Positions 1 through 10,906 of a stretch of 64,000 nucleotides of DNA are shown one piece after another (the stretch's first letter is position 1; each line of letters opens with the position of its first letter). The position numbers and the translations under genes are program-made. The notes below the pieces were generated by a model. That model had not been told where the DNA came from and ran no database searches. It saw only the letters and a program-made list of their open reading frames with translations. Source of the stretch: a bacterium (GTDB taxonomy: Bacteria > Zhuqueibacterota > Zhuqueibacteria > Residuimicrobiales > Krinioviventaceae); assembly GCA_963693055.1 (NCBI GenBank), contig OY843751.1, positions 4,640,001 to 4,704,000 of the forward strand, in the 5' to 3' direction.

Positions 1-3000
1 CATCAATGACAACCGGGTATTTGAATCCAGATACACATTCCCGCCACTGCCAATAGTCGAATTATGTGTCAAAGTCACATTTACCAAAATCGGGGCTGAA
101 CCATTGTGCATGGAAACTGCACCGCCATCATAACGCCCAAAATTTCTTGCAATCAACACCTGGTGCATTTGTGGAGAGGATGCATCCAGATAAAAGGCAC
201 CACCGTATCGAGCTGTATTACTAATAAATTGACTCGATTGTATTTCCGGCATAGATTTAACACAGTATACAGCACCGCCAAATTGCCCTGTATTGTTATA
301 AAAAATACAATTGCTGATTAACGGAAAGGATTTGTCAAGATATAACGCTCCTGCCCGGGCCCGCTCCGTATCACTCTCTCCATTCACATCACGGACTGCA
401 CAATATATCAGCGCATCATCACCACCGCTCTCGATAAAGCTCAATCCTCCCCATGTTGTATTGCTGTCTATAGCACAAAAATGTACCGAATCTATTGCAG
501 TACCTTTGCTTATTAGCCTGGCATTCTTTCCAATGGTGAACGTATAGTCTCCGGTAAATTCAACGCGTACCCCGGCCTCAATTTCAAGGGTATGCATAGC
601 GGGAATCTCTATATCCGAATAGATTCGATAAGGCTGCCCCGCAGCTGTCCAGTTACCCCAAACCCATGCAGTGTCAACAACCGTTCCTTTTTGTACGCTT
701 GCTAAAAGTGGAACTGACTTGCACAACCCATTATTCATTTGAACAAAAAGCGTATCCATATACATTTGATTATAGGTACTGTTGGTTTCAAAACCTATTA
801 ACAGGCTGTCTATTGCACCTGAAACAAGTGTATTTGCAGACAGATCGGATAAAATTGTAAAATATGTTGAATCAGCCAGATGGATTGAACCGATTTCTAT
901 TGTTTGATTCGAGCCATTTTTCAAATACAACCATGCTTGTATAAACTCAAAAGGATCAACCAATCCCATATCCAATGGATCCGGAACCAATGCCAATTCG
1001 AGCCCAGTACTTGTAGCTGCAAGCCTGGTTCCACCAAAAGCGCCCATATTTATGCGAAATCCATGCGGAAAGGGTTCATCCCCCACATCATCATTCGGGT
1101 CACCGGCATCAATACCGGCAGAGTTCTCTTCAAGTCTAAAATCATTTTCCACAGCATCCACAAATCCGGGATCATCAAACATTAAACTCATACTCTCAAC
1201 TCTGCTGTCATCAAGCGACCAGTCGTTGACCAAAGTATCCAGACAAGTATAACGTAATTGAACATCATTATCATTGTTCATCCACAATCCGACACCCGTG
1301 TCAACAGAATTATTATTTATTATAGAATTCCTTATAATGACAGCATTTTCCCCACTGAGGCTCAATAACCCCCTAACTGAACAGGAATTGCCATAAATTG
1401 TACAATTGACAAGATTTAAAGATGCTCCGGCTTGCAAATCTGCAATTGCGCCATAATATGCATTATTATTTATTATCAGACAGTTCCTTAATATCGGGGC
1501 CGATTCTTGTCCGCTAACATATAAAGTACCAATATCTCCACTATTGTGCTCAATTATACTGTTTTCAATCGTTGCATGTGATGCGTTAAACGCAACAGCA
1601 CCACCATAAATCGCGACATTGCTTGCAATTCTTGAATGAGAAATAAAGGGATGTGAACCATTTATATTCAATGCTCCCCCTTTGCCCATCCATTCAACTT
1701 TTGACCTGCCATCCTTTATAATGCAATAATGCAGCGAATCATCATCACCACTATCATTGAATGTTATACCATACCAGCCATTATCAGAATTGTCAGCCCG
1801 AAACCGTACCGAATCATTTTCAGAACCGTTTACCAAAAGTTGAGCATTCTCTCCCACCTCAAAATATAAAGGCTCCATAAAAACCACATCAACACCCGGT
1901 TCAATAGTCAGTACAGTATTGGTTTCAACCGCAACTGACTGAAAAATATAATATGGGGAACCATTCTGTGTCCATGTACCCCGTATCTGCCCACTGTTTA
2001 CAACTGTACCTTGTCCGGGTACCCCATATCCTACCAGAGATACCTGCTGCCAGCGGTGTTGATTAGAATACTCGATCATCAAACTGCCATCAAACCGACC
2101 GACACTGTCCGGAGTACATCTTATCCAAACTGAGAAACGGGTTTTCGGCATCAATACTTTACCCAAAATCGGTTTGATAAAGGCACTATCAAATGCTGCA
2201 GAAAAGTTAGGACTGGGAACGATCTGCCCTACATACAGCATTTGCTCACTATCATTAAACAAGGAAATTTCAAAAGACTCGGAAGTTTCATTTACCCTTG
2301 CAGGACCAATAATGGCAACGCTATCAGACAAAACCACAGGAGACACCCATTCATCTCCTACCCGGATATCTACCGTACCCGTTTGCACCACATCATATCC
2401 GGCTCCCATATATTCCGGAATATGATACCACATATCGGCTATGGCTTCCGGTTGGCTGGCACCCCAGCCAAAATTAACATGAAAAAAACCGTTTGAATTA
2501 AAACCATCCACCAAAATAGAATGCCCGGCAACCGGAATAGATTGATTTATGGACAAATGCGCAGGAAGTGCATTCATCATATTTTCTTTCAAATGCTGAT
2601 ACAACTTTTCTCCGGGATCCATATATTCTGCACTCTCGTAACCAAAACGTTGTTTCAAGATACGCGGCAGAATCCCTGAAAATGTACCCGAGTTGCCTGT
2701 AGCAAAATCCATATACAACAATTCAGCGCTTACTGCATTCAATGCTGCAATTTCTTCATTATCCAACATCGAATCAGCCGACCAGGCTTGTCTAATAAGA
2801 TCAAGATATCCGTTCAATGTCTGAAAAGAAGGAAAATCCAGTTCCAGGCTGTCCTGATCGATGGCAACTCCGCGGGTATCGGTTACGTATCGATCATCAC
2901 GTCCCAGAGATACCTCACCAATATTTTGATGATAGTTTAAAAGCTGCGCCAAAACAACACCCACACAACCAACAGGTGTCCGTTGTAATGTTATAGGATC

Positions 3001-3543
3001 CAAGGGGCAAAAACGGTTATACGGGGCACCCTGCTGCCAGGTGGTACTCACCCATCCACCGGTTACGGTAGTTCCGGCTTCAGGCCATTGCAGAACCGCG
3101 GAATCATTTACCACTCCGGGAGCTAACAATTTATCCCAAAGTTTATGATTTTGAGATATAATTACAGGTGCAAGTAATGATCTGTTTTGTAATCGCTCTT
3201 CAAGATCATATTGTAAAAATCGGTATACATCACTGAAAGAAAAATCAACAGGTTGGGTCTGTCTGATATAAGCAATAACAGGTTCTATATCAGTATCATT
3301 CGATAGAATAGCAAAACCACCATCTGCAAAGTCGGCAATATACCCCACATCATCAATTGCAAATATTTTTTGCAGTTCCAGACTTTTTTTCGACTCGCGG
3401 GATTGGAAGGGGGTAACAGCAATATTCTTTTTATAAAACTGCATTGCAGCAGAACCGGCTTGCTCTATACTAACCGGTTCTGACAAGATGATACCTGACA
3501 GGCCGAAAACAAGGATGAAAAATATTTTAAATAATCGACTCAT
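1..3543 (-). CDS. Secreted C10-family (streptopain/SpeB-like) cysteine peptidase with Ig-like and repeated right-handed beta-helix domains; 3' end runs off the window
   Basis: Manual translation from ATG at 3543 (MSRLFKIFFILVFGLSGIILSEPVS...) stays open to base 1. Contains WQQGAPYNRFCP, VGCVGV (Cys about 2965), GHSILVDG (His about 2521) and FHVNFGWG, then GGA-rich beta-helix repeats. Absent from the ORF track because there is no stop in the window. Confidence 0.88.
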   Translation of the reverse strand, partial: MSRLFKIFFILVFGLSGIILSEPVSIEQAGSAAMQFYKKNIAVTPFQSRESKKSLELQKIFAIDDVGYIADFADGGFAILSNDTDIEPVIAYIRQTQPVDFSFSDVYRFLQYDLEERLQNRSLLAPVIISQNHKLWDKLLAPGVVNDSAVLQWPEAGTTVTGGWVSTTWQQGAPYNRFCPLDPITLQRTPVGCVGVVLAQLLNYHQNIGEVSLGRDDRYVTDTRGVAIDQDSLELDFPSFQTLNGYLDLIRQAWSADSMLDNEEIAALNAVSAELLYMDFATGNSGTFSGILPRILKQRFGYESAEYMDPGEKLYQHLKENMMNALPAHLSINQSIPVAGHSILVDGFNSNGFFHVNFGWGASQPEAIADMWYHIPEYMGAGYDVVQTGTVDIRVGDEWVSPVVLSDSVAIIGPARVNETSESFEISLFNDSEQMLYVGQIVPSPNFSAAFDSAFIKPILGKVLMPKTRFSVWIRCTPDSVGRFDGSLMIEYSNQHRWQQVSLVGYGVPGQGTVVNSGQIRGTWTQNGSPYYIFQSVAVETNTVLTIEPGVDVVFMEPLYFEVGENAQLLVNGSENDSVRFRADNSDNGWYGITFNDSGDDDSLHYCIIKDGRSKVEWMGKGGALNINGSHPFISHSRIASNVAIYGGAVAFNASHATIENSIIEHNSGDIGTLYVSGQESAPILRNCLIINNNAYYGAIADLQAGASLNLVNCTIYGNSCSVRGLLSLSGENAVIIRNSIINNNSVDTGVGLWMNNDNDVQLRYTCLDTLVNDWSLDDSRVESMSLMFDDPGFVDAVENDFRLEENSAGIDAGDPNDDVGDEPFPHGFRINMGAFGGTRLAATSTGLELALVPDPLDMGLVDPFEFIQAWLYLKNGSNQTIEIGSIHLADSTYFTILSDLSANTLVSGAIDSLLIGFETNSTYNQMYMDTLFVQMNNGLCKSVPLLASVQKGTVVDTAWVWGNWTAAGQPYRIYSDIEIPAMHTLEIEAGVRVEFTGDYTFTIGKNARLISKGTAIDSVHFCAIDSNTTWGGLSFIESGGDDALIYCAVRDVNGESDTERARAGALYLDKSFPLISNCIFYNNTGQFGGAVYCVKSMPEIQSSQFISNTARYGGAFYLDASSPQMHQVLIARNFGRYDGGAVSMHNGSAPILVNVTLTHNSTIGSGGNVYLDSNTRLSLM

Positions 3544-3611
3544 TTTGCTTCAAATTGTTAATATCAATATACTATACAAAAGCTGACAGAATCTGCAAAC
3601 AATATGTTTTT

Positions 3612-4121
3612 CTATCCCCGGATTTCTACAATTTCTCCAAAATAAACGCGATGATAATCTTTTTTCGGATACAATTTATCAATATCAGAAGCAACAAACT
3701 GAGATGGTTCAAAATCGGCTTTATACATGGTTACGCATTCAATAACCATATTGGCCTCATTAAAACAAGGGGCCTTTACTCTTGAAGACGCTACAGGAGT
3801 CAAACCAGCTTCTTTAATTTTATCACAATCTTTGCCGGAACGACTTCCCAAAATTTGTAATGCCTTGCGGTAATCGATACTAAATGCATTCAGAGTAAAA
3901 GATTCGTATTTTTCCAGAAATTCAAACGTATAACGAGTGGGCCTGACTACAATCTGGGCAAAAGGTTTGTGCCACATGGTACCAAAACTGCCCCAGGCTA
4001 CAGTCATGGCATTAAATTCATTTTTTTCATAATCACCTGCTACCAGGGCATACCACTGGTTTGCCCATGCATCGTGGGGCTTTACTTGAAACGATTCAAC
4101 AGGTATAGTTTTCAAAGACAT
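3612..4121 (-). CDS. Flavin reductase-like (DIM6/NTAB family) protein
   Basis: NAMTVAWG, VRPTRYT, GSRSGKDCDK and H..YFGEI motifs; GGAG RBS favours the ATG at 4121. Confidence 0.85.
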   Translation of the reverse strand: MSLKTIPVESFQVKPHDAWANQWYALVAGDYEKNEFNAMTVAWGSFGTMWHKPFAQIVVRPTRYTFEFLEKYESFTLNAFSIDYRKALQILGSRSGKDCDKIKEAGLTPVASSRVKAPCFNEANMVIECVTMYKADFEPSQFVASDIDKLYPKKDYHRVYFGEIVEIRG

Positions 4122-4136
4122 AAACACTCCCATTTA

Positions 4137-4409
4137 TCAGGATTTGGACGAATTATCACCTCGAACCAGGTGCAATATCCACACAAATAAAGCGGAACCA
4201 ATAATTGACCATACAATAGGAATACGATAAAAATAGAAAAAATCACGAATTCCCAATTCTCTACTTAACCAGGTTCCAATAATCGCGCCAATAAAGCCCA
4301 GCGCAATATTGGTAATACAGCCATTACGGTTCACACCGGCAATGGCACTACCAATGGAACCGCAAACAGATGCTACAAACAATAATATCAAAAAACCAAA
4401 CAAAGTCAT
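4137..4409 (-). CDS. GlsB/YeaQ/YmgE (transglycosylase-associated) small membrane protein
   Basis: 90 aa, three hydrophobic segments, NIALGFIGAIIG and SIIGSALF patterns. Confidence 0.8.
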   Translation of the reverse strand: MTLFGFLILLFVASVCGSIGSAIAGVNRNGCITNIALGFIGAIIGTWLSRELGIRDFFYFYRIPIVWSIIGSALFVWILHLVRGDNSSKS

Positions 4410-4425
4410 GCTAAATCCACCTGGT

Positions 4426-5142
4426 TTAATTTTTCCCTTTCTTTGCAGTCAAAATAGCAATATTTAAAAACCGCCAGGGCATTTCAATTTCTTCAAATCC
4501 TGCATTCTTTAACCATTCAATCTTTTCATTAATTTCACATACATAATGTTGCTGTCTGAGGATATTAGATTCGGTCAGGCTTTCAATCTGCTCTTTACTT
4601 ACCTTGCCCTGCACCATGGCATTCTGAATAATATTTACTTCAATATCATGAAACACCCGGTTTATACGATTATCTTCTGTTGAAAAAAACTCGCAGGAAA
4701 TCCAACGTCCATCCGTATCCAGTTCTTCAATAGCTTCGCTAATCAAATCACGGTGCCGGTCAGTTTCCAGATAATCTAACGTAAAAGACGACATAACCGC
4801 ATGCAGTGGACCCAGATTACTGCACCATTTGGGATCGTTCAGATCTTTATGCATAGGGATAAATTGTCCTTTAAAGTCTTGAAGATTCTCAAGCGCCCGG
4901 TCCAGAATCTCTGTGCGGTTATCCAGCCCCATAATAACAGCTTCGGGGAAAAACTCGTAAATACGTCTGGAGAGTTCGCCAAATCCACAACCCAGCTCCG
5001 CAACCCGAATTCTCTCCTCACGGGGGAAATCCAGCATGGAAACCATAATATCATGGGCTTCACGAAATTTGGGGATTACATATTCATACAGCGATTCCAG
5101 TAAATCAATTTCTTCTAATTGTGTTTGTTTTTTGTCATTCAT
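4426..5142 (-). CDS. Class I SAM-dependent methyltransferase
   Basis: ELGCGFG motif I, GLD motif II, WLKNAGF near the C-terminus. Confidence 0.85.
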   Translation of the reverse strand: MNDKKQTQLEEIDLLESLYEYVIPKFREAHDIMVSMLDFPREERIRVAELGCGFGELSRRIYEFFPEAVIMGLDNRTEILDRALENLQDFKGQFIPMHKDLNDPKWCSNLGPLHAVMSSFTLDYLETDRHRDLISEAIEELDTDGRWISCEFFSTEDNRINRVFHDIEVNIIQNAMVQGKVSKEQIESLTESNILRQQHYVCEINEKIEWLKNAGFEEIEMPWRFLNIAILTAKKGKN

Positions 5143-7432
5143 TTTAACTCGAAATATATTTTACGTGAATAGTTATCGAGACCTGGTTGAACCCGAGTTT
5201 GCACCGTTAGTTCATAGAGTCCCGGTTCATTATTGGCGAGATCCAAAGCAATATATTCAGCAGAGAATTCATTCTGTGAATATCTTTCAACCGTGTTGGT
5301 TGTCATAGGCATTGATTTGGAAAACATTTCTGTTATTTTGGTAAAAAAATTCTTTTTTGCGCGATCCAACAGTTTTATATGATAATCAATCTGATATCTA
5401 ACTGAATGTTGGTTGTTCAAAGGTAAGTTATAAATTTCAAAATAAACATTCAACAGATCATCCCTGCTGAATTGCAATTCCGGATTGGGAAGTATATACA
5501 ATCCCTTTTGAAAATAACTAAAATCAAATTGATTCTCAGAAATACGGTCAGCAAGCAGCAGTGAACTCATACTTAGGGTTTTACCACTATACGAAGACAC
5601 ACCTGAATTAAATTTAAAAGATCCCAACTTGTTTGTATTTTCCACAACAACCGAAATCCCGGCTTTGTAACTACCGCCGGGAACATTGAACGAAAACATG
5701 TTCTGCCATGCACCCTGTTGTTCTGAGGCATCCACAATCTCTTTTGCGTTTACTATTTCCTCCGCTAAAGCCACCGGGTCCCATTGATTCGTATACAATG
5801 CACAATTAACAACAACATTTTGATCTGCATTATATTCGTTATCTTGCCAAATATCACCGGATTTTAGAGAGTAATAGACTTGAAAATCAGTACTACCCAA
5901 ACTATCTCTAAATGTTGAAGCATAAAAAGGCATATTTATAGAAAATATATCATCTTTCCATGAATGTCTGTCAGAATTTAAGCCTTCATAAACATAATCA
6001 ATGCTTTGTTTGGCAAGCTCATTTTGTAAACGCATCTGGTCAGCTTGCGAGTCAGACGTATACATGTATGAAAAAATGGGGTCCCAATGCAGCCTGCTGC
6101 TAACAAGCTCCAAAGGGATTGTGGGTGTAAGTCGCCAGTTATTACCCGCGGCATTTTTATCGATCACAAAATGAAACATTAACTTTTTTTGAAATTGGTT
6201 TTCTTTATAAAGCCAGGATTCATTCTGCTCCAACTCTCGTACATTTTCCTGCTGGGGAACGGGACCATCAAGACCGTGCATTTCACTGCCTGTTCATCCG
6301 GATTGCCATGCCGAATAAAAATCAAACCTTTATCATTATATTTGTTATTGAGAGAAAAAACAACCGGAAATTCCAGATATTTCAACTTGTCGGGATTATT
6401 CAATGTTGTTCGAAATCCTTCAAAACGAAAATATTTATCTGCAAACAGTTTGCGTCTAACATGCTCCTGAATCCTAAAATTTCGATTATATGCAGGCAAT
6501 GGATTGCGTTGGGTCCACATTCTATAAAAAAAAGTCTGTGCGTCAGATATGGTTTCTAAATTCAGATATTCAGCATATTCGTTATCAGACATAATAAAAC
6601 GTACATCATTAAAATACAATGCGGCATCTATAGCGTTTTTTATGGAATCAATGGCTTCCAAATGGTATGCCTCACATGCGGTATAATCTTCCTGTCTGTA
6701 TTTCAAGCGGGAAAATGAAAGGCAGACCGGAATTTTCGATACAGATAAATCCGGATCATTCAAAAGCAGTTGTAAAAGTGAATCTGCCTTGTTATAGTTT
6801 TCAAAATGATTATAATACTCTGCTAAAAATAAAGTACTGCGTTCATGCTCGTAATTATCAATCCAGCTTTTTATTTGGATCTCGTTTCCTGAATATAAAA
6901 ACGATTCAAAATATTCATGCAATGCAATAGTTGCCTTGTTGTTTTGATCAAAACAATCTATTTGCTGTTGCACAGAATTAAGAGCTAGTTCGTATTTTTT
7001 TTGATAAAAATATAGAATTGACAATTGATAATAGACATCTTTATATGCGGGTGCCAGTTCAATAGCAGATAAAAAATATTCTTCAGATTGGCCCCAGTCC
7101 TGCTGCCTGAAAACCATTGCATGCACTTTGCCAGATTCCCGATAACCAATGGCAAGATAATAGTGAGCTATAAAATCATTCGGATCAAGTTCAAGGGCTG
7201 TTTCCATCCAATCTATTGACTGCCCCCAATCATTTCGTTCAGCTTCAATTTGACCGATCATTTTAACAATTTCAATATTTTCGGGATCCTGTTCATGTGC
7301 AAATTTCAATTGCTGAATTGCTTCTTCAAACTCTCCCGCTCTAAACATTTGTATACCCTGATCATAACAATCCTGACCAAAAATATTGACATGTATTAAA
7401 AATAGTATTATAATGTATTTATATGTTGACAT
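5139..7432 (-). pseudogene. Secreted TPR + GWxTD-domain protein split by a -1 frameshift (ORFs 6179..7432 and 5139..6281); may be a sequencing indel
   Basis: ORF1 has a signal peptide, TPRs, FYRMWTQRNPLP and DKGLIFIRHGNPD. The expected continuation (ESWLY...FHFVIDK...NWRL) is in the overlapping ORF2, offset by one base. Confidence 0.7.
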
Positions 7433-7578
7433 AAAATTATATTGGTTTAACTTTCTTTTTCATTATATAAAAAAATTATACAAATTACAAGTGCCAATAA
7501 AGTTTGTCAAAATTTCAGGAATAAATCACCACTCAAATTTTATTATAATCTTTTAAATATTATACTGGAGCTAAAAAA

Positions 7579-8202
7579 ATGGAATTACAACAAGCAATTG
7601 AAACACGAGCAAGTGTTAGGACCTTTACTGAAAAAGCAGTTCCCGTTAACGATTTAAGAGAAATGGTGCGCCGTGCCGGACTTGCACCCAGTATTAACAA
7701 CTCGCAACCCTGGAAGTTTTATGCCATTACTGATCAAAACATACTAAAAGCAATGGCCAACAAAGTTCAGTTAAAAATTGATGAACTGTTCCCGGATGTT
7801 GTTGAAGACTCTAATGTAAAATCAACTGTAAACTTTTTTTCAACAATTTTTGTTAAAGCACCGGCTGTAATTGCCGTTGCCATTGAACCGTATAAAAGCA
7901 TTTCAGACAAACTCTTGAATCATTCTGATCTGACGCATGATGATATGAATGCGTTAAGGAATTTCCCTGATATTCAAAGTATGGGTGCAAGCATCCAAAA
8001 CCTCATTTTATCGGCTGTTGACCTGGGGTATGGCGCGTGCTGGCTGAGTGGTATGCTGGTTGCCAGAGAAGAGCTTGAAGAAATATTAAAAATTGAAAAA
8101 CCATATCGGCTGGTAACATTTGTTGCCGTTGGCCACCCCGAAGGGGTAACAAAACCCAAGCCTAAAAAAGATGTAGATGAAATTTTCTCGGTTATTGAAT
8201 AA
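7579..8202 (+). CDS. Nitroreductase family protein
   Basis: RASVR, APSINNSQPWKF, QNLILSAVDLGYGACW; GGAG RBS. Confidence 0.9.
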   Translation: MELQQAIETRASVRTFTEKAVPVNDLREMVRRAGLAPSINNSQPWKFYAITDQNILKAMANKVQLKIDELFPDVVEDSNVKSTVNFFSTIFVKAPAVIAVAIEPYKSISDKLLNHSDLTHDDMNALRNFPDIQSMGASIQNLILSAVDLGYGACWLSGMLVAREELEEILKIEKPYRLVTFVAVGHPEGVTKPKPKKDVDEIFSVIE

Positions 8203-8207
8203 CCCCC

Positions 8208-9467
8208 TCAATCCGTTTTTGGGGGGTGTTTTAAACGCAATTCAATGATCTGGGGCCGGTGATCAGAAGCATCAAACTTTTTCACTTTGGCACTGCAAAC
8301 ATTAAATTGATCTGAATAAAAAACATGATCTATTCTTAAAAAGTCAAACAATAAAAAGCGTGCTTTTTCAGGTACGCTTTTTACCAGACTTGAGTAACCG
8401 AATGTTCCGCCAATTCCCCAGCCTGCCTTTGCATATGCATTATTTAACGTACTAGAAAACGTTTTATAACTTTTGCTGTTGGGTGTATCATTAAAATCTC
8501 CGGCAAGAATCAACGGTGCATTGACAGGCAATACCTGTTCAGCAATCTTGGCGGCTTCTGTCAAATGACGATTATGCGCAATGGTGACCTGCTTTTTAAA
8601 TGTCTCATAATCCATTTTACCCAAAGCAAACCGGATAAACAAATTCCCACTATTGTACAAATGACAGTTGAACAAATGAACATCCTGACCATAATAATCT
8701 ATAATAGCATGATTCATATTAATGTGCCCGGACATGTACTGGGTTTTGATGTCATAATTCTTTCTAAATTTCAAGGGTAACCGGGAAAAGATAACACCAC
8801 CATTATAGGTTTCAAACTTGTCAGACCAGATTTGATGGGGATACAGGTCCATGAGTTCTTCTTTAAGCAAAACACGGTCCTGCAGATTAATTTCCTGCAA
8901 GAATACAACATCGGGTTTTTCACGCCGAATAAAATCAATAACTGCTCTGCGTTTCTCTCCGGTTTCACTCACCAAAATATTATAGCTCATGAGCTTGAGC
9001 GTGTCTTTTCTATACATGGGTTTAAAACTGGGTAACAACTGCGAGCGGTAATGCAACACCAACGCAAGCAATACCAGTGTATAAACCAGTATATTAACAC
9101 GGATTGTTTTAAAAGTGGTTATATAGTAAACAAACAATGCAAAAAACGGGACAATCATGTAAAACTGATACTTGAAAAACTGTTCAGGGTTACTCACACC
9201 CAACGCCAATATGCAAAGTCCGGCAAGAAAAAATAAAATTTTGATCCAGGTAAATTTGGTTACCTTAGTCAACAAGGCTGAAAGATAAAGCGGCAATGTA
9301 AATGCAATTGGTAACCAGATTGTATCATTGAGTACATTGGCAATAATCTCAACTACCGGATTGATGGAAAACACCAATGAACGGAGCGCGGGCATCCAAA
9401 CCAAAAGCTCAAAAACAAAGTAACAAACCCAAATTACAGTTAAAAATATAAATAATGTCTTTTTCAC
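8208..9467 (-). CDS. Membrane-anchored endonuclease/exonuclease/phosphatase (EEP) family protein
   Basis: N-terminal TM helices; SYNI, LQE, AGDFND, IDHVF and SDH motifs. Confidence 0.85.
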   Translation of the reverse strand: MKKTLFIFLTVIWVCYFVFELLVWMPALRSLVFSINPVVEIIANVLNDTIWLPIAFTLPLYLSALLTKVTKFTWIKILFFLAGLCILALGVSNPEQFFKYQFYMIVPFFALFVYYITTFKTIRVNILVYTLVLLALVLHYRSQLLPSFKPMYRKDTLKLMSYNILVSETGEKRRAVIDFIRREKPDVVFLQEINLQDRVLLKEELMDLYPHQIWSDKFETYNGGVIFSRLPLKFRKNYDIKTQYMSGHINMNHAIIDYYGQDVHLFNCHLYNSGNLFIRFALGKMDYETFKKQVTIAHNRHLTEAAKIAEQVLPVNAPLILAGDFNDTPNSKSYKTFSSTLNNAYAKAGWGIGGTFGYSSLVKSVPEKARFLLFDFLRIDHVFYSDQFNVCSAKVKKFDASDHRPQIIELRLKHPPKTD

Positions 9468-9520
9468 AAATCCGCTCTATTTTTACCAAATCATATAATT
9501 GCATTATCCAAAAAGTGCAG

Positions 9521-9554
9521 AAAATGCCGATCATAACTTGCATGATCGGCATTT
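9521..9554 (-). terminator. Probable intrinsic terminator after tldE
   Basis: 13-bp stem aaatgccgatcat/atgatcggcattt directly after the stop at 9560. Confidence 0.65.
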
Positions 9555-9559
9555 ATTTT

Positions 9560-10882
9560 TTACAGTCCGCTAAAATGAACCCCACTAAACAACATGGACG
9601 GCATCTTGTATGAGGAATAAGGATACGGATCATTTCCCACCTGCTCCAATTTTTGCCAGAATTCTTTAGAATTTCCGGAAATATTCATTTCATTTACAGG
9701 CTTTACAATTTTTCCGTTTTCAACCAGCAGGCCTACAATACCAAATGAAAAATCACCTGTGGTAGAATTGGAATTCCCGCCAATAAAACCAGTCACCAAA
9801 ATACCTTTATTAACATTTTTGATCATATCATCACCACTCTGATCACCATAATCAAACAAAACATTCGATGTAGAGCCTGAATTGGGTTCCCAGCCCAGTT
9901 TATTGCCATAATAATTATCTATCAAATATTCTTTCAATACACCCTTTTCAATCAAAACTCTTTTTTCTGTTTTAAGGCATTCTCCATCAAAAAGTTTAGA
10001 GCCCAAACCACGTTGAATAAATGGGTCATCAATAACAGTTAAAAGAGGTGAAGCAACCGGTTTATCTAGCATATCTTCAAGATAAGAGTTTTTTTGCTGT
10101 ATGGATTGAGCAGACATGGGCCCCAGCAGCAATCCTAATAGACGGCCCGAGGTCCGGTTTTCTACAATCATATCATATTGTCCGGATTCGATTTTGTCCT
10201 GACCTACTTTGCGTAACGCGCGTCGAACAGCATCTTTACCCAGGCCTTCAGGTTTTGTAAGGTCCTGATAATATCGGGAAACCGCCCAGGCCCAATCAGA
10301 GGGTCTGCCGCCGTTTGCATCTTTGACAGTCACTTCGGCACCGCAGTCAAACAAGGTAGATTCTGATTCACCAACAAAACCGTTGCTGCTCATCTTTAAA
10401 TTGTTATAGCGTGTATCAGAGTAACCGGCCGTAACCGAAATAATCTGATCGCTTTGCTCAAGAGCAACAGCCTCTATTGCAGAGGCAATTTCTACACGCT
10501 GCTTGGAATCGATCTTTTCATAGACAGGATCAACCAAATCCAGATTTTTATCAAGAGCTTTAGGATAATATTTTTTATCTGGCAAGGCTCTGAATTTATC
10601 CGGCGTAAGATACTTGGTACTGGCTACCGCTTCTTTTATAAAAGCTTCCAGCGAATCTTTACGCATATCATTTGTAGAATGGCTTGAATATTTCTGTTCT
10701 GTAAATATTTTTAATGACAAACCGTTCTGTGTAGACTCTTCCAGTTTTTCTAGTTTACGGTCACGGATTTCTATACCCACTTCACGCTGGTTGGAAATAG
10801 ATACCAAAGTCTCGCTTGAACCGTACTTTTTTGCCGTTTCAATAACCCATTCGGCAAGATTTATTCTTTCAGATGTTTTCAT
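9560..10882 (-). CDS. pmbA: TldE/PmbA family protein
   Basis: DDPF...GLGSKLFDGE, GGNSNSTTGDFS, PVNEMNISGN; no HExxxH; adjacent to tldD. Confidence 0.9.
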   Translation of the reverse strand: MKTSERINLAEWVIETAKKYGSSETLVSISNQREVGIEIRDRKLEKLEESTQNGLSLKIFTEQKYSSHSTNDMRKDSLEAFIKEAVASTKYLTPDKFRALPDKKYYPKALDKNLDLVDPVYEKIDSKQRVEIASAIEAVALEQSDQIISVTAGYSDTRYNNLKMSSNGFVGESESTLFDCGAEVTVKDANGGRPSDWAWAVSRYYQDLTKPEGLGKDAVRRALRKVGQDKIESGQYDMIVENRTSGRLLGLLLGPMSAQSIQQKNSYLEDMLDKPVASPLLTVIDDPFIQRGLGSKLFDGECLKTEKRVLIEKGVLKEYLIDNYYGNKLGWEPNSGSTSNVLFDYGDQSGDDMIKNVNKGILVTGFIGGNSNSTTGDFSFGIVGLLVENGKIVKPVNEMNISGNSKEFWQKLEQVGNDPYPYSSYKMPSMLFSGVHFSGL

Positions 10883-10906
10883 AATTTTAATTCCTGTTCC
10901 TTTTTT

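Noticed and set aside
106-2496. Small plus-strand ORFs in the first 2.5 kb
   Set aside because: They are antisense to the continuous C10 peptidase frame.
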